A stretch of DNA of 63,822 nt, counting the filler, from Candidatus Zhuqueibacterota bacterium (GTDB lineage: Bacteria; BS750m-G25): NCBI GenBank assembly GCA_016783505.1. It is 4 parts of 4 records of this genome, joined end to end, with 100 filler letters (N's around TTAATTAATTAA, not from the genome) between each part and the next. Parts side by side here need not be neighbours in the genome. Positions count along the whole stretch, not along the records: positions 17,010 to 32,992 come from JADHWK010000049.1; positions 33,093 to 48,929 come from JADHWK010000050.1; 2 more parts are not named here. One strand, given 5' to 3'. Each line of letters starts with the position of its first letter. Within the stretch, counting starts at the first letter, position 1. The translations under genes and the position numbers were made by a program. Shown piece by piece: positions 28,594 to 38,409 of the stretch. The notes beneath the pieces are model-generated. The model was not told the origin of the DNA, ran no database searches, and saw only the letters and a program-made list of their open reading frames with translations.

Positions 28594-29760
28594 ATGATCC
28601 TATCTGATTTCTTATCCTTGATACTACTGGCCTGTTTCACCGTTTACGGGGTGTTTTTATTGTTGTTTCTTATTGGATTGGGAAGGCTGACTTCCCCCAA
28701 GGAGAATGTAACTATCCCTCCCTTCATCTCGGTCGTCATCGCCGCCAGGAATGAAGAGGATAACATCGCCACTACCCTCAAATCCCTGACCCGTCAGGAT
28801 TATCCCCGGGACAGAATGGAATGGATCGTGGTGGACGACCGCTCCACCGACCAAACGGCCGCCATCGTCGAGGGGTTTCAGCCCACCATGCCCTGGCTGA
28901 AACTTCTCCGGGTGACCCAATGCCCCCCCCAGGTTTCCCCCAAAAAGCACGCCCTGGAGCATGGTATCCAGAATGCAAAAGGGGAAATCATTGTGGCCAC
29001 CGACGCCAACTGTCAATTTGACCCCGGGTGGCTCTCCCATCTTTTGGCCTATTTTCAATCCGACGTGGGTGCCGTGACTGGATTGACCGAGTTTTACTGG
29101 GAAGGAAATAGGGTACCTCTATGGCAAAAAATACAGGCTCTCGACTTCTTATCCTACTCCTTCTGCGGCGCCGGGGCTGTTGGCTTGGGGATGGCCTTCA
29201 ACGCCAACGGCCATAACCTGGCATACCGCAGAAAAGTGTTTGAAGAAGTGGACGGATACCAGGGCCTTCACCGAAATGTCTCCGGGGATGATATCCTGCT
29301 TATACAGAAAATTGATCGCCAGACCGGGTGGAAAATAGTCTATGCCGTTGATCCGGAAACAGTGGTAAAAACAAAACCCGTGTCCAATCTAAAGGAGCTC
29401 TTTCAGCAGCGCTTCCGATGGGGATCCAACGGCCCCTACTACCGACCCTTAGTGCGTTTTTTCCTTACCTTCACCTTTCTTTTCTACTGCATGTTATTCC
29501 TTAGTCCCTTATTCATTTTGTTAGGGTGGTTGAATTGGAAAATTTTCATAATAGGCCTGTTGGGCAAAATCATATTTGATTATCTGGTGGTCTCAACAGG
29601 CTTGAAGAGGTTTCAAATATCCGGAATGAAGAAATACTTCTGGCCCACCCAATTAGTCCAGACACCCATGATCCTGCTGTTCGGAATCGGTGGATTTTTC
29701 TTCAAATTTACCTGGAAGGGACAGCGCCTTGCTGCTACTCGTGACGTTCCAACTAAGTAA
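28594..29760 (+). CDS. GT2 membrane glycosyltransferase (paralog 2)
   Basis: SVVIAARNEE, DDRS, TDAN, GDD and QRFRW. Confidence 0.9.
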   Translation: MILSDFLSLILLACFTVYGVFLLLFLIGLGRLTSPKENVTIPPFISVVIAARNEEDNIATTLKSLTRQDYPRDRMEWIVVDDRSTDQTAAIVEGFQPTMPWLKLLRVTQCPPQVSPKKHALEHGIQNAKGEIIVATDANCQFDPGWLSHLLAYFQSDVGAVTGLTEFYWEGNRVPLWQKIQALDFLSYSFCGAGAVGLGMAFNANGHNLAYRRKVFEEVDGYQGLHRNVSGDDILLIQKIDRQTGWKIVYAVDPETVVKTKPVSNLKELFQQRFRWGSNGPYYRPLVRFFLTFTFLFYCMLFLSPLFILLGWLNWKIFIIGLLGKIIFDYLVVSTGLKRFQISGMKKYFWPTQLVQTPMILLFGIGGFFFKFTWKGQRLAATRDVPTK

Positions 29761-29927
29761 TGCTAAAAATCAATTAAAGCAATAAAAACCTGAACTCAAC
29801 GGCGAGTTGAAATTCTTAAGAAACCCCCGATTTTAATCGTGGGAACCAAATACAAAAATACAAAAGAATAGATGCAACCGATCAGTCTGGCGCCTGACAG
29901 ATTCATCGGTTTTCGGTCAGGCGCCCG

Positions 29928-30098
29928 GGCCTGTGGCACAACTCTGAAACCGCTGGTTTCCTCTTTGCGTGACAATAAATTATCACGCTATCTCAACGAA
30001 AGTCCCGAAACTTCGGGACTAATAACAGTTATGTTTCAACATACTTTCTTAGAGTTAGCATAGGGATTTATTCCTATGCGATAGTTCTGCAACAGGCC
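29928..30098. mobile_element. MITE (171 bp), same ends as 25186-25385 in inverted orientation, 6-bp TSD CGCCCG
   Basis: GGCCTGTGGCACAACT...AGTTCTGCAACAGGCC, flanked by CGCCCG at 29922-29927 and 30099-30104. Confidence 0.8.
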
Positions 30099-30145
30099 CG
30101 CCCGACTGATTCGTGGGTTGCTAAAAAAGTTTACCTGGACGTTGA

Positions 30146-31249
30146 ATGATACTGTTATCATTTATAGTATTACTTTATATAATCTGCTCATTTGTTGTTT
30201 ATTTTGGGAATAAACGCTCAATAAACCCTGAAAATTCTTGGCGGCCTAGTGTTTCGATTATTATCTGCGCCCGGGATGAGGAAGCCGTTATCGGGGATTG
30301 TTTAGAAGCTTTGGCCGGTCAGGATTACCCTATTGGAGAGCTCGAAATCATCATCGTTGATGATGGTTCTCGGGACCACACCCCGGAAATCGCCCGATCC
30401 CATCAGAAAAAATCCCATAACATCAAGGTCGTTTCCACAAAAGGCTTCCGAAGTAAACTCAAAGGAAAGTTCCGGGCATTGGAATTGGGATTGGCCCAGT
30501 GTTCCGGTAAGATTATCCTTCAAACCGACGCCGATTGCAGGCCCGGTCCATCTTGGGTGCAAGGGATGGTGGGCCATTTCACGGAAGAGATAGGTATGGT
30601 CGGAGGCTTCATCGTATTAGAAGATCCACGAATTCCTTCCCTGTGGACAAAAGTCCAAGCACTGGACTGGATCTACCTGCTTTCGGTCGGGGCCGGGACG
30701 GCAGGATGGGGTCACCCCTTGAGTCTGATTGCTAAAAATATGGCCTTCCGTCGGGAAGTTTATGAAACCATAGGGGGCTATGGAAACATCGGTATCAATC
30801 TTACAGAGGACATCGCCCTGGTAAAGGCCATCTCCTCTCTAACTTCATGGAAAATAGGATTTTCCCATCACCCGGATACGGCGATCCTTTCCCAGCCCCC
30901 CTCAAGCCTGAGAGAATATTTTCAACAGCGGAAACGCTGGACGGTTGGTGGACGATGGGTAGACATCAAAGGCATCCTAATAATGCTTATTGCCTTTCTA
31001 TCCCACATTCTTGTTCCCATATCCTTTTTCTTCAATTTCCTCCTGGGGTTCATTCTTCTGGCCATTCTTCTTTTCGCTGACTCCCTGATCCTATGGCCCA
31101 ACTTAAGGAAAATCAATCGCACCGATCTCTTCCGCTTCTTTCCATTTTTTGAAATCTATTATTTTTTTTATACAATCTTTTTCGGTTTTGTCTTCCTCCT
31201 CTCCCGTAAAATCTTCTGGAAGGGTCGGGAATACCCTGTGTCGAAGTGA
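30146..31249 (+). CDS. GT2 membrane glycosyltransferase (paralog 3)
   Basis: SIIICARDEE, DDGS, TDAD, TED and QRKRW. Confidence 0.9.
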   Translation: MILLSFIVLLYIICSFVVYFGNKRSINPENSWRPSVSIIICARDEEAVIGDCLEALAGQDYPIGELEIIIVDDGSRDHTPEIARSHQKKSHNIKVVSTKGFRSKLKGKFRALELGLAQCSGKIILQTDADCRPGPSWVQGMVGHFTEEIGMVGGFIVLEDPRIPSLWTKVQALDWIYLLSVGAGTAGWGHPLSLIAKNMAFRREVYETIGGYGNIGINLTEDIALVKAISSLTSWKIGFSHHPDTAILSQPPSSLREYFQQRKRWTVGGRWVDIKGILIMLIAFLSHILVPISFFFNFLLGFILLAILLFADSLILWPNLRKINRTDLFRFFPFFEIYYFFYTIFFGFVFLLSRKIFWKGREYPVSK

Positions 31250-31421
31250 TTTAGAAACCAACTTTTTCAAAAAAAGTTGGTTTCTTGTCCACACTCTGGA
31301 GGACTGGATCATTTGATCATTTGATAATTGTTTTATCCATCTATCCATCCATTCATCATCTAATGTTCTTAGGATATTATTACCACAATCTTTTTATTAA
31401 TTTCCGGGACGTTAAATCGTC

Positions 31422-32992
31422 ATGACCAATGAGCTCCCCCATATCCTTCCCTTGTTCGCCCTCTACGCCGAAATTCACTATCTTTTTAGATTTTACCCTT
31501 TTTCCCTTTATTTTAAAAAGCAGCCGGAGGTCCTGGCCGATGCCCCCCACCGGATCGAACCCGGAACTCCTATTCCTATCCTCTGCCTCATAAAGGACTC
31601 CCATCGCTATCCCATTCACATCAAATCCATTACCATTAAAATAATCTATCCTGACGGGGGAACCGAAGAAAACCGTATTTATCTTAAGTTGGACATTTAT
31701 CAACCCTACTGGTGGAAAATTTTGTTCCACCAACCCCCCGCAGGTTTTTATGGAAAATTAAAAATTGATGTCACCTTTGAAATAAAAATAAAGGGTAAGA
31801 CTCACATCTTTAAAAACGACAACTACCGGGGAACATCCCACCTCCCTTTAGAGGTGTTTGTCGCCCCGGATCCCCTTCCCAGAGAACCGGGTTGGGTCTA
31901 CGGAGACTTGCATTACCATTCGAATTATACCGAAGACCACGTGGAGTTTGGGGCTCCCATCGGGGCCACGAAAATTCTGGCCGGGGCCATGGGGTTGAAT
32001 TTCTTCGCCGTCACCGATCATTCTTACGACCTGGATGATCGGGTGGACAATTACCTGAAAAACGACCCCACCCTTCCGAAATGGAGGAAGCTGTCAGAAG
32101 AGATCCACCGGGAGAACCAAAACGGAGGAGAGAGGAATAAGGTTATCGTTATCCAGGGTGAGGAGGCCACCGTCGGTGATAAGGGAAACAGAAATCTCCA
32201 TCTATTAGTGCTCAATAACAAAAAATATATTCCCGGTTCCGGGGACAGCGCCGAGAAATGGTTTCTGACCAGACCCACGCTATCGTTACAACAGGCATTA
32301 GATGGGCTTGAAGATGGGGCGTTAGCCTTCGCTGCCCATCCCGAGATCGAGCCCCCCTTTCTGCAGAAATTACTGGTGCGCCGGGTCAAATGGACGGCCC
32401 AAAACTATGCCCATCCAAACCTGACCGGACTTCAGGTCTTAAGTGGAAGGATGGATAAAGCCTTCTGGCGGGGGATAAAACGGTGGGTCCGTTTACTTTT
32501 GCGGGGAGAAAAATGTTATATCGTCGCCGGCAACGATGCCCACGGCAACTTCAACCGCTTCCGGCAGATCAAACTGCCCATGGTAAAGATGTGGGAACAT
32601 CAGGATTTTCTGTTCGGCAAGATGCGCACCGGTGTTTTTATGGGAGAGAATCTAAATCACGAAAATCTGATGTCTGCCATAAAAAAAGGCCGGCTGATTA
32701 TTACCAGCGGCCCGTTTTTGAATCTAACCGTTCGCAACCAAAGGGGCATGCAGGCCCCTATTGGGAACACCATCCCCGGGAAAGAGTTTTCCGTTCAGCT
32801 ATCAGCCCGCTCGACAGAAGAATTCGGCCGCATTGTAGAAGTAAAGGTCCTGTTGGGCGATCTTAAGACAAAAAGGGAATCCATCCTTAAAATCCTTACC
32901 GGTCCTCCGGACTATAGAGCCGAATGGAATTTTCCCTTGAGAAGTCAATCCCCTGCTTATATCAGGGCGGAACTCAGAACAGAATGTGACGG
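31422..32992 (+). CDS. PHP-domain (CehA/McbA-like) metallohydrolase (3' truncated at contig end)
   Basis: GDLHYHS, TDH, GEE, AAHP and GNDAH motifs. Confidence 0.8.
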
Positions 32993-33092
32993 NNNNNNNN
33001 NNNNNNNNNNNNNNNNNNNNNNNNNNNNNNNNNNNNTTAATTAATTAANNNNNNNNNNNNNNNNNNNNNNNNNNNNNNNNNNNNNNNNNNNN
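32993..33092. other. Artificial contig linker
   Basis: N-run, TTAATTAATTAA, N-run. Confidence 0.98.
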
Positions 33093-33299
33093 TTCACAAC
33101 TTAAAGGTTCAGTGAACGTAAGGATGAACGCAACCGACAGACGGGAGACGAAACGAGCAGTCCAACCGATAGATCCCGTCCCGAAGTTTCGGGATCGGGA
33201 CAACCCGTTAATTTCTTGTAGCTAATTCTTAGAATTTCCGAGACGTTGAGTTATAACCTTTTTTGTGACGAGTATCAAAACAACATAAAGTAGTTTGAA

Positions 33300-34601
33300 A
33301 TGAATTCTTTAGTTAGACATTTGGCGTTCCTTAAAATTCTAATCATGGGCGGGCTTTTGATCCCGGGAATGACATTGTCTTTTGAAAGCCCCCTCGTAGT
33401 GTTGCCCTTTCAAAACAGGACCGACCAGCGCGACCTGGACTGGCTGGGCTGGGTGTTGGCTGAACGGGTTAGCGACTATATGGGCAGGCTTTCCCCATAT
33501 GAACCGGTGGGACAGGATACGCTGAAAAGGGTGCTTCGAGAATGGGGATATGAGGAGTTCGGGCTGGCGGATCTGGTGCCGGTGATTCGGGTGGGGGACC
33601 GCTTCGGGGCCAAAAAATTGGTACTGACCAACATAAAATCCGATAAGGATGGCCTGCTTTTAGAATCCCACCTCATTGACGTGCTGGAAGCCCGCTGGGT
33701 GGATACCGTGTTGGTCTCCGGTGCCGAGGCCGATCTGTTTTACCTGGGAAAGAGATTAACCCTTGGTATCCTGGCCAAGATGGGGGCCCCGGTGGATTCT
33801 GCTGATCGCGAGGGCTTTTTGCAGGAGCAAATCACGGATTACATGGTTCAGAAATTATATTATCAGGCAAGAGAGGCCGCCGCCCAATACGATTATGATA
33901 GAGCTCTGGATAATCTGGAAGAGGCCTTGGATGTCAACCCCGACTTTTCCCAGGCCAGGAAGGACTACATCGTCTACTGGGAGCTGGCCTCCAGTAAACG
34001 GGTTTTTGATGAGATAATCAGTAAGACTCGCATCAGAGAAGATATGGGCCAGGAATTAGGAATTTTGGCCCACCAGATTATCTTCGGTGGCATTCGAGTC
34101 CACGTGGACAGTCTGAAGTCGGTGGCGCTTTGGGGGTATTCTGATAGCCTCTATGCTATGCAGGTTTTCCTGACCATGACTTTTCCCGATACCCTTAAGG
34201 AACATCTAAACCAGCAAATGGAGAAGTTGAGGGGCGGGAAGAGGGCTGACGGGAGCTACCGCATTGCGGACGATGATGGGCTGAATGTTCTCTTCTGCCG
34301 GCTTTTGAGCGTGCTTCAGCTCAAGGTCGTTTTGGTGGATTCCATGGGGGAAGTGGTTCGGGAGGCCTTTTTTAACCGCCAGAATTGTCAGCCTTACTTC
34401 CATCCGGGGATCATCCTGCCCCTGGGTCCCGATGATAAGGACCTGGGCTGGGCTCAGATGATGCCCATCTGCCCCGATTTTGATGTCTTCAGGATTTTGG
34501 AAAAACCCGTCCAATTCAGGGTAGAATTCGATAGGTTTGGACCCGATGAGGTAGGTAGAATTGAGCGATGCCTGCCCGCCATCGTGGCCCGTAAAGATTG
34601 A
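33300..34601 (+). CDS. Exported protein with a TolB-N/FlgO-like domain and a TPR
   Basis: Signal peptide, VVLPFQN...LDWLG, and a TPR-like YDRALDNLEEALDVNPDFSQA segment. Confidence 0.65.
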   Translation: MNSLVRHLAFLKILIMGGLLIPGMTLSFESPLVVLPFQNRTDQRDLDWLGWVLAERVSDYMGRLSPYEPVGQDTLKRVLREWGYEEFGLADLVPVIRVGDRFGAKKLVLTNIKSDKDGLLLESHLIDVLEARWVDTVLVSGAEADLFYLGKRLTLGILAKMGAPVDSADREGFLQEQITDYMVQKLYYQAREAAAQYDYDRALDNLEEALDVNPDFSQARKDYIVYWELASSKRVFDEIISKTRIREDMGQELGILAHQIIFGGIRVHVDSLKSVALWGYSDSLYAMQVFLTMTFPDTLKEHLNQQMEKLRGGKRADGSYRIADDDGLNVLFCRLLSVLQLKVVLVDSMGEVVREAFFNRQNCQPYFHPGIILPLGPDDKDLGWAQMMPICPDFDVFRILEKPVQFRVEFDRFGPDEVGRIERCLPAIVARKD

Positions 34602-34721
34602 GCAGTTATCCGAAATTTTGCATCTAAGCTTACTGGGACAACACGCGAAAGCTATCGATTATTAGTTCAAAGATGCCCGCTACATGGTGCGCCTGGGAGG
34701 CTGAGTGTAAGGAGGTGCAGT

Positions 34722-37415
34722 GTGAGACAGGAAAATGTGGTGGAGATCCTAAAGAAGAATGAAAATTATTGCAGTTCTGAGGTCGTGGAAAAAGCTGAAG
34801 CCCTTTTGAATAAATATGCGTCCCAGCCTGCGTTGCTCGAAATACTAGCTGCAGAATTGGAATATTTAGCAGAGCGAAAGTGTTCAGTCTCGGATTTCTC
34901 AGATTTAATAGATGTATATTCCAAACATTACGCGTTCTTTCGCAACATAAATACCCCACTTTCTAAAATCATGGTACAAGAAATAGGTAAGTGTGTGGTT
35001 GGTTTTTCTTCATTGGGTTCGCCATTGGGTGCGATACCTTCTGAGATGCTGGCTTATGTCTACTCAGAATTCTACGATCAGTTTCTAAAGACGCTAGACC
35101 CTGAATTGACTGTCTTATTTGCTAAAAGTGTTGGTTTCATGTCCCAATACATGCCAATCAAGGTTTTACATCCGGACGTAGTAAAAAACTTAATGCAGTT
35201 CTATCAGGACAATTGCGATTTCTTCAAAAAAGCTGATGTCAAGTACTGGGTCCTTCTGATAAACCTGTCAGGCAATATCATCTCTTTCACAGGTGAGACT
35301 AAGAATGTTGAGACGTTTTTCAATTTTTATAAAAAGAATCGGAACTCCTTTGGAAAGTTGGACTCCAGTATCGGCAAGGAAATAATAATGGCAGTCGGGG
35401 GCGTACTCAGTTCTGAATCAGATCCCACCGCTACGCGCAAGGTTGCCATTAGACTCGGAAAGATGTTGTTAAGCAATGCACTCACCTTACAGAATATCGA
35501 CAAGGGGGTGGCAAAAGCATTGATAAGACAGACTTCGCCTGATGAAGAAGAGACGTTCAGAGAAGACCTTACCAAAATACTCTTAACCCTATGCTGTGAG
35601 GCGTCCTCTTCTTTGGCTCAACTGAAAGGCGATGTTCTCTCGGCAACTATTTCTGAAATCAAGCAAACGATTTGCAGAACAGGAACCGAAGAAGCCGCAA
35701 GCGCACTTTTAAAGATCTATGTGGCGACTGCCGGGTTCCTCGCATCCCTAGAGCCAGAAATTGCCGAAGAGTTGGTCCGTTTAGCAGAATACTTGTTTCG
35801 CGACACAGCTAATCAGCCAGGAATTATCAAACATATGGAGATTCTTGCTGAATACGCTTGGCTTTATAGCGACCTGGGAATTCATATATCGAAAAATATA
35901 CTTGAGTTCACCAGCATCGAATTTACCGTTGACGGCAATGAAAAACATACTAGAAGACTTATGGAGTTCTACTCACGACACGGAAAACATTTTAAAGATG
36001 TTAATGCCGACATCGTTGAAGATCTTGTCGAACACTGCAATTCCTTTCTAATTGATGAAGACAATCAGGAACTAGCGGAGTTTATACTCAAGCTATGCGC
36101 AGGCGAGTACGAGGATGGACAAAAGTTCAATAGATCGTTAGCCAAAGAGATAGAGGCAAGAGTGGAAGAAGCGGCCAAGCAAGGCCTGCCGGAGACTGCC
36201 TTGGAGAAAACATTGATAGCGAGATTAAAACAACTGCCTAAAAAATGGGAGCCTAAAATACCGCCGAAAGGGCTAACAGTAGCAGCTTATGTGGCTTCTA
36301 AGAAGGACGTTGGTGGCCAGGACGTGCAGCCAGGTGATGCTTTTATGTCAGCGTCTACCCTAGCATTGGCAAATCAATGTCTCTTTAGCGGGCTTAAGCA
36401 AAACGCACCGTGGACTTGTGCCTATTCCATTGTTTGTCTTTCGTCTTTGGTTGAGGCTCTCGTCTCACAAAATCGCATAATTTACATTTACGATGAGCCG
36501 CTTTTCTCTGAACGGCTCCCAATGAAGAGATGGGTCTGGGGTCTCCCAGACAAAGAGCGTCGGCTTCTTGCGCGCATCGAGTCACTCTTAAAAACGCCAG
36601 CATTAAGGCGAAGAGGAGAATTCCTTAATTTTCTGAAAGGTTATGGACTCTTTCGAAAGCTTGCTGAAGAAGCTGCCACCTATCTCAAACTTTCTTCCGT
36701 TCCTTTCGATAAAAAATGGACAGAAGATTATTTAGAGAAGCTGGCTCTCCATACCGCTGACACCCTTGAATTTTGCAGGTTTAAGAATTTTCTATACTTA
36801 CCTAATCCCGTGGAGTCTACGTTTTCTACATATCATTTAGTGAACGAAAATTTGCGCGGCGCATCGGCAGCGCGAATTGCGATCATGTTAATAGAAAGTG
36901 CCAGAGAGCGACAAGCAGTTAAAGCAAACCAAAGAAAGCAAGCTAAAGTATTTGATACCCGCCTTCCAATGATTTTTGCTGCAGTACTAAAAGAAGCCGA
37001 TAAGCCTGAGGACATTATTCCTATCGCTTTACAAATGCGCGCGACCAAGGAAGCCAAGGTGTTCAGAGAGTGGGTCGTTTCTGTGGATAATGATAGGTCT
37101 TTGGGAAACTTTAATAAAGAACTCGACGAGGTCCAAAATTTAGCTGACAGCTTGGCAAGTCGCGTAAAGGAGAGACCGAGGCGTATATCACTTCAGTTTG
37201 GCATCTCTGTCATCCCGCCTGCGCCGTCAATCGGGGTTTCCGTCGATGGTCCAGAATTAAGAGGGGCGCTGTTGACGAAACGGAAGAAGCATCTTACCTT
37301 CCTTCATTCTATATTTGATGTGAGCATGTCCATAGCAAACTTAAGTAGAGAGATAAACAGAGTGTTCAAAATTAGGACAGATACAATGAAAGAGGTCATC
37401 GAACATATGTGGTAG
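34722..37415 (+). CDS. Large hypothetical protein with N-terminal alpha-helical repeats
   Basis: AAGGAGG RBS and GTG start, 897 aa, roughly 40-45-aa periodic helical repeats in the N-terminal half, codon usage unlike its neighbours. Confidence 0.8.
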   Translation: MRQENVVEILKKNENYCSSEVVEKAEALLNKYASQPALLEILAAELEYLAERKCSVSDFSDLIDVYSKHYAFFRNINTPLSKIMVQEIGKCVVGFSSLGSPLGAIPSEMLAYVYSEFYDQFLKTLDPELTVLFAKSVGFMSQYMPIKVLHPDVVKNLMQFYQDNCDFFKKADVKYWVLLINLSGNIISFTGETKNVETFFNFYKKNRNSFGKLDSSIGKEIIMAVGGVLSSESDPTATRKVAIRLGKMLLSNALTLQNIDKGVAKALIRQTSPDEEETFREDLTKILLTLCCEASSSLAQLKGDVLSATISEIKQTICRTGTEEAASALLKIYVATAGFLASLEPEIAEELVRLAEYLFRDTANQPGIIKHMEILAEYAWLYSDLGIHISKNILEFTSIEFTVDGNEKHTRRLMEFYSRHGKHFKDVNADIVEDLVEHCNSFLIDEDNQELAEFILKLCAGEYEDGQKFNRSLAKEIEARVEEAAKQGLPETALEKTLIARLKQLPKKWEPKIPPKGLTVAAYVASKKDVGGQDVQPGDAFMSASTLALANQCLFSGLKQNAPWTCAYSIVCLSSLVEALVSQNRIIYIYDEPLFSERLPMKRWVWGLPDKERRLLARIESLLKTPALRRRGEFLNFLKGYGLFRKLAEEAATYLKLSSVPFDKKWTEDYLEKLALHTADTLEFCRFKNFLYLPNPVESTFSTYHLVNENLRGASAARIAIMLIESARERQAVKANQRKQAKVFDTRLPMIFAAVLKEADKPEDIIPIALQMRATKEAKVFREWVVSVDNDRSLGNFNKELDEVQNLADSLASRVKERPRRISLQFGISVIPPAPSIGVSVDGPELRGALLTKRKKHLTFLHSIFDVSMSIANLSREINRVFKIRTDTMKEVIEHMW

Positions 37416-37558
37416 TAAAGTTGCCAATCCTCGATAATATACTTGTCCAGGTAAGGTTTCACAACTATGAGGGGCCAACATAACGACACAGTGAAACCAG
37501 TAAAGTTTTCGATCCAGCCGCAGCTTTAATTAAATGTCACAAGAGAGGGACCCATAAC

Positions 37559-37645
37559 TTCGGATAACATCGGCTTTCTGGTTCGCTATGCTCTCCAAAA
37601 TTGGTTTGCGGCTAACTTCAGAAAGCTGAGAACGATATATGCCAT
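37559..37645 (+). other. Degenerate integron attC-like site
   Basis: TTCGGATAAC, stem TCGGCTTTCTG/CAGAAAGCTGA, TTCGCTATGCTC, end ACG-ATATATGCC. The start is the exact reverse complement of GTTATCCGAA at 34605-34614. Confidence 0.55.
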
Positions 37646-37686
37646 ATTTGAGCGAATAAAGCTATAGAAGAAAGGAGGAGGATAGC

Positions 37687-37929
37687 ATGTTAACAGAATA
37701 CATCAATGCTGCAATGAAAAAAGCTAAGTATGAAATTCTTTCTGACGACAACACGTTTTATGGGGAGATTCCCGGCTTTGACGGCGTCTATGCCAATGCT
37801 GGTACCCTTGAAGCATGTCGGGATGAATTGGAGGAAGTTTTAGAAGAATGGATTTTCTTTAGGATATCTCGCAACCTACCATTGCCAACAGTTGAAGGAA
37901 TTGAACTGACAATTAAGGAAGCGGTTTGA
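37687..37929 (+). CDS. hicB: HicB-family antitoxin
   Basis: YGEIPGFDGVYANAGTLEACRDELEEVLEEW..LP partial RNase H fold. Confidence 0.85.
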   Translation: MLTEYINAAMKKAKYEILSDDNTFYGEIPGFDGVYANAGTLEACRDELEEVLEEWIFFRISRNLPLPTVEGIELTIKEAV

Positions 37930-38147
37930 TGCCTCGTTTTAGGCCTATAAAAAGAAGAGAGTTGATACATTATTTGAGAGTTTTAGGCTTCGAGGGCCCT
38001 TATTCTGGAAGGAAGCACCAATTCATGATTAAGGGTGAAATTGTTTTACGACTTCCCAATCCCCATCAGAGTGATATTAGTAAAGAATTGCTTTCCAGAA
38101 TTATTAGGCAAGCAAAGATTGATAAAAAGATATGGGAAGAGCTATAG
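37929..38147 (+). CDS. hicA: HicA-family toxin
   Basis: LGF...GRKHQFM...LPNPH...LLSRIIRQA; translationally coupled to hicB. Confidence 0.85.
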   Translation: MPRFRPIKRRELIHYLRVLGFEGPYSGRKHQFMIKGEIVLRLPNPHQSDISKELLSRIIRQAKIDKKIWEEL

Positions 38148-38409
38148 GTTATTACCCACTTCACCTACTTGATCAAGGAATACGAGGAACTATCAAAATC
38201 CCCGAAGAAAAACCTGCATTTACCAAACTTCGTGATGCGCCATAGAATTTGTTTGGGGAGTGACAACAGACTAGGGGAACGCATTTTCCTTGCGATCGGT
38301 CAGGCGCCCGATTGAAAAGTACGCCACAAAACCAAAATTTCGGGATTACTCCTCTTATTCCCACTTTTATACAGCAGATCATTGCCGCTGGCGAATTGAT
38401 GAAAGGTCA

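Noticed and set aside
33093-33260. Possible further attC site at the start of contig 3
   Set aside because: It has TCACAAC and GAGACGTT ends, but the interior is interrupted by nested palindromes and the upstream gene is missing, so I cannot support it.
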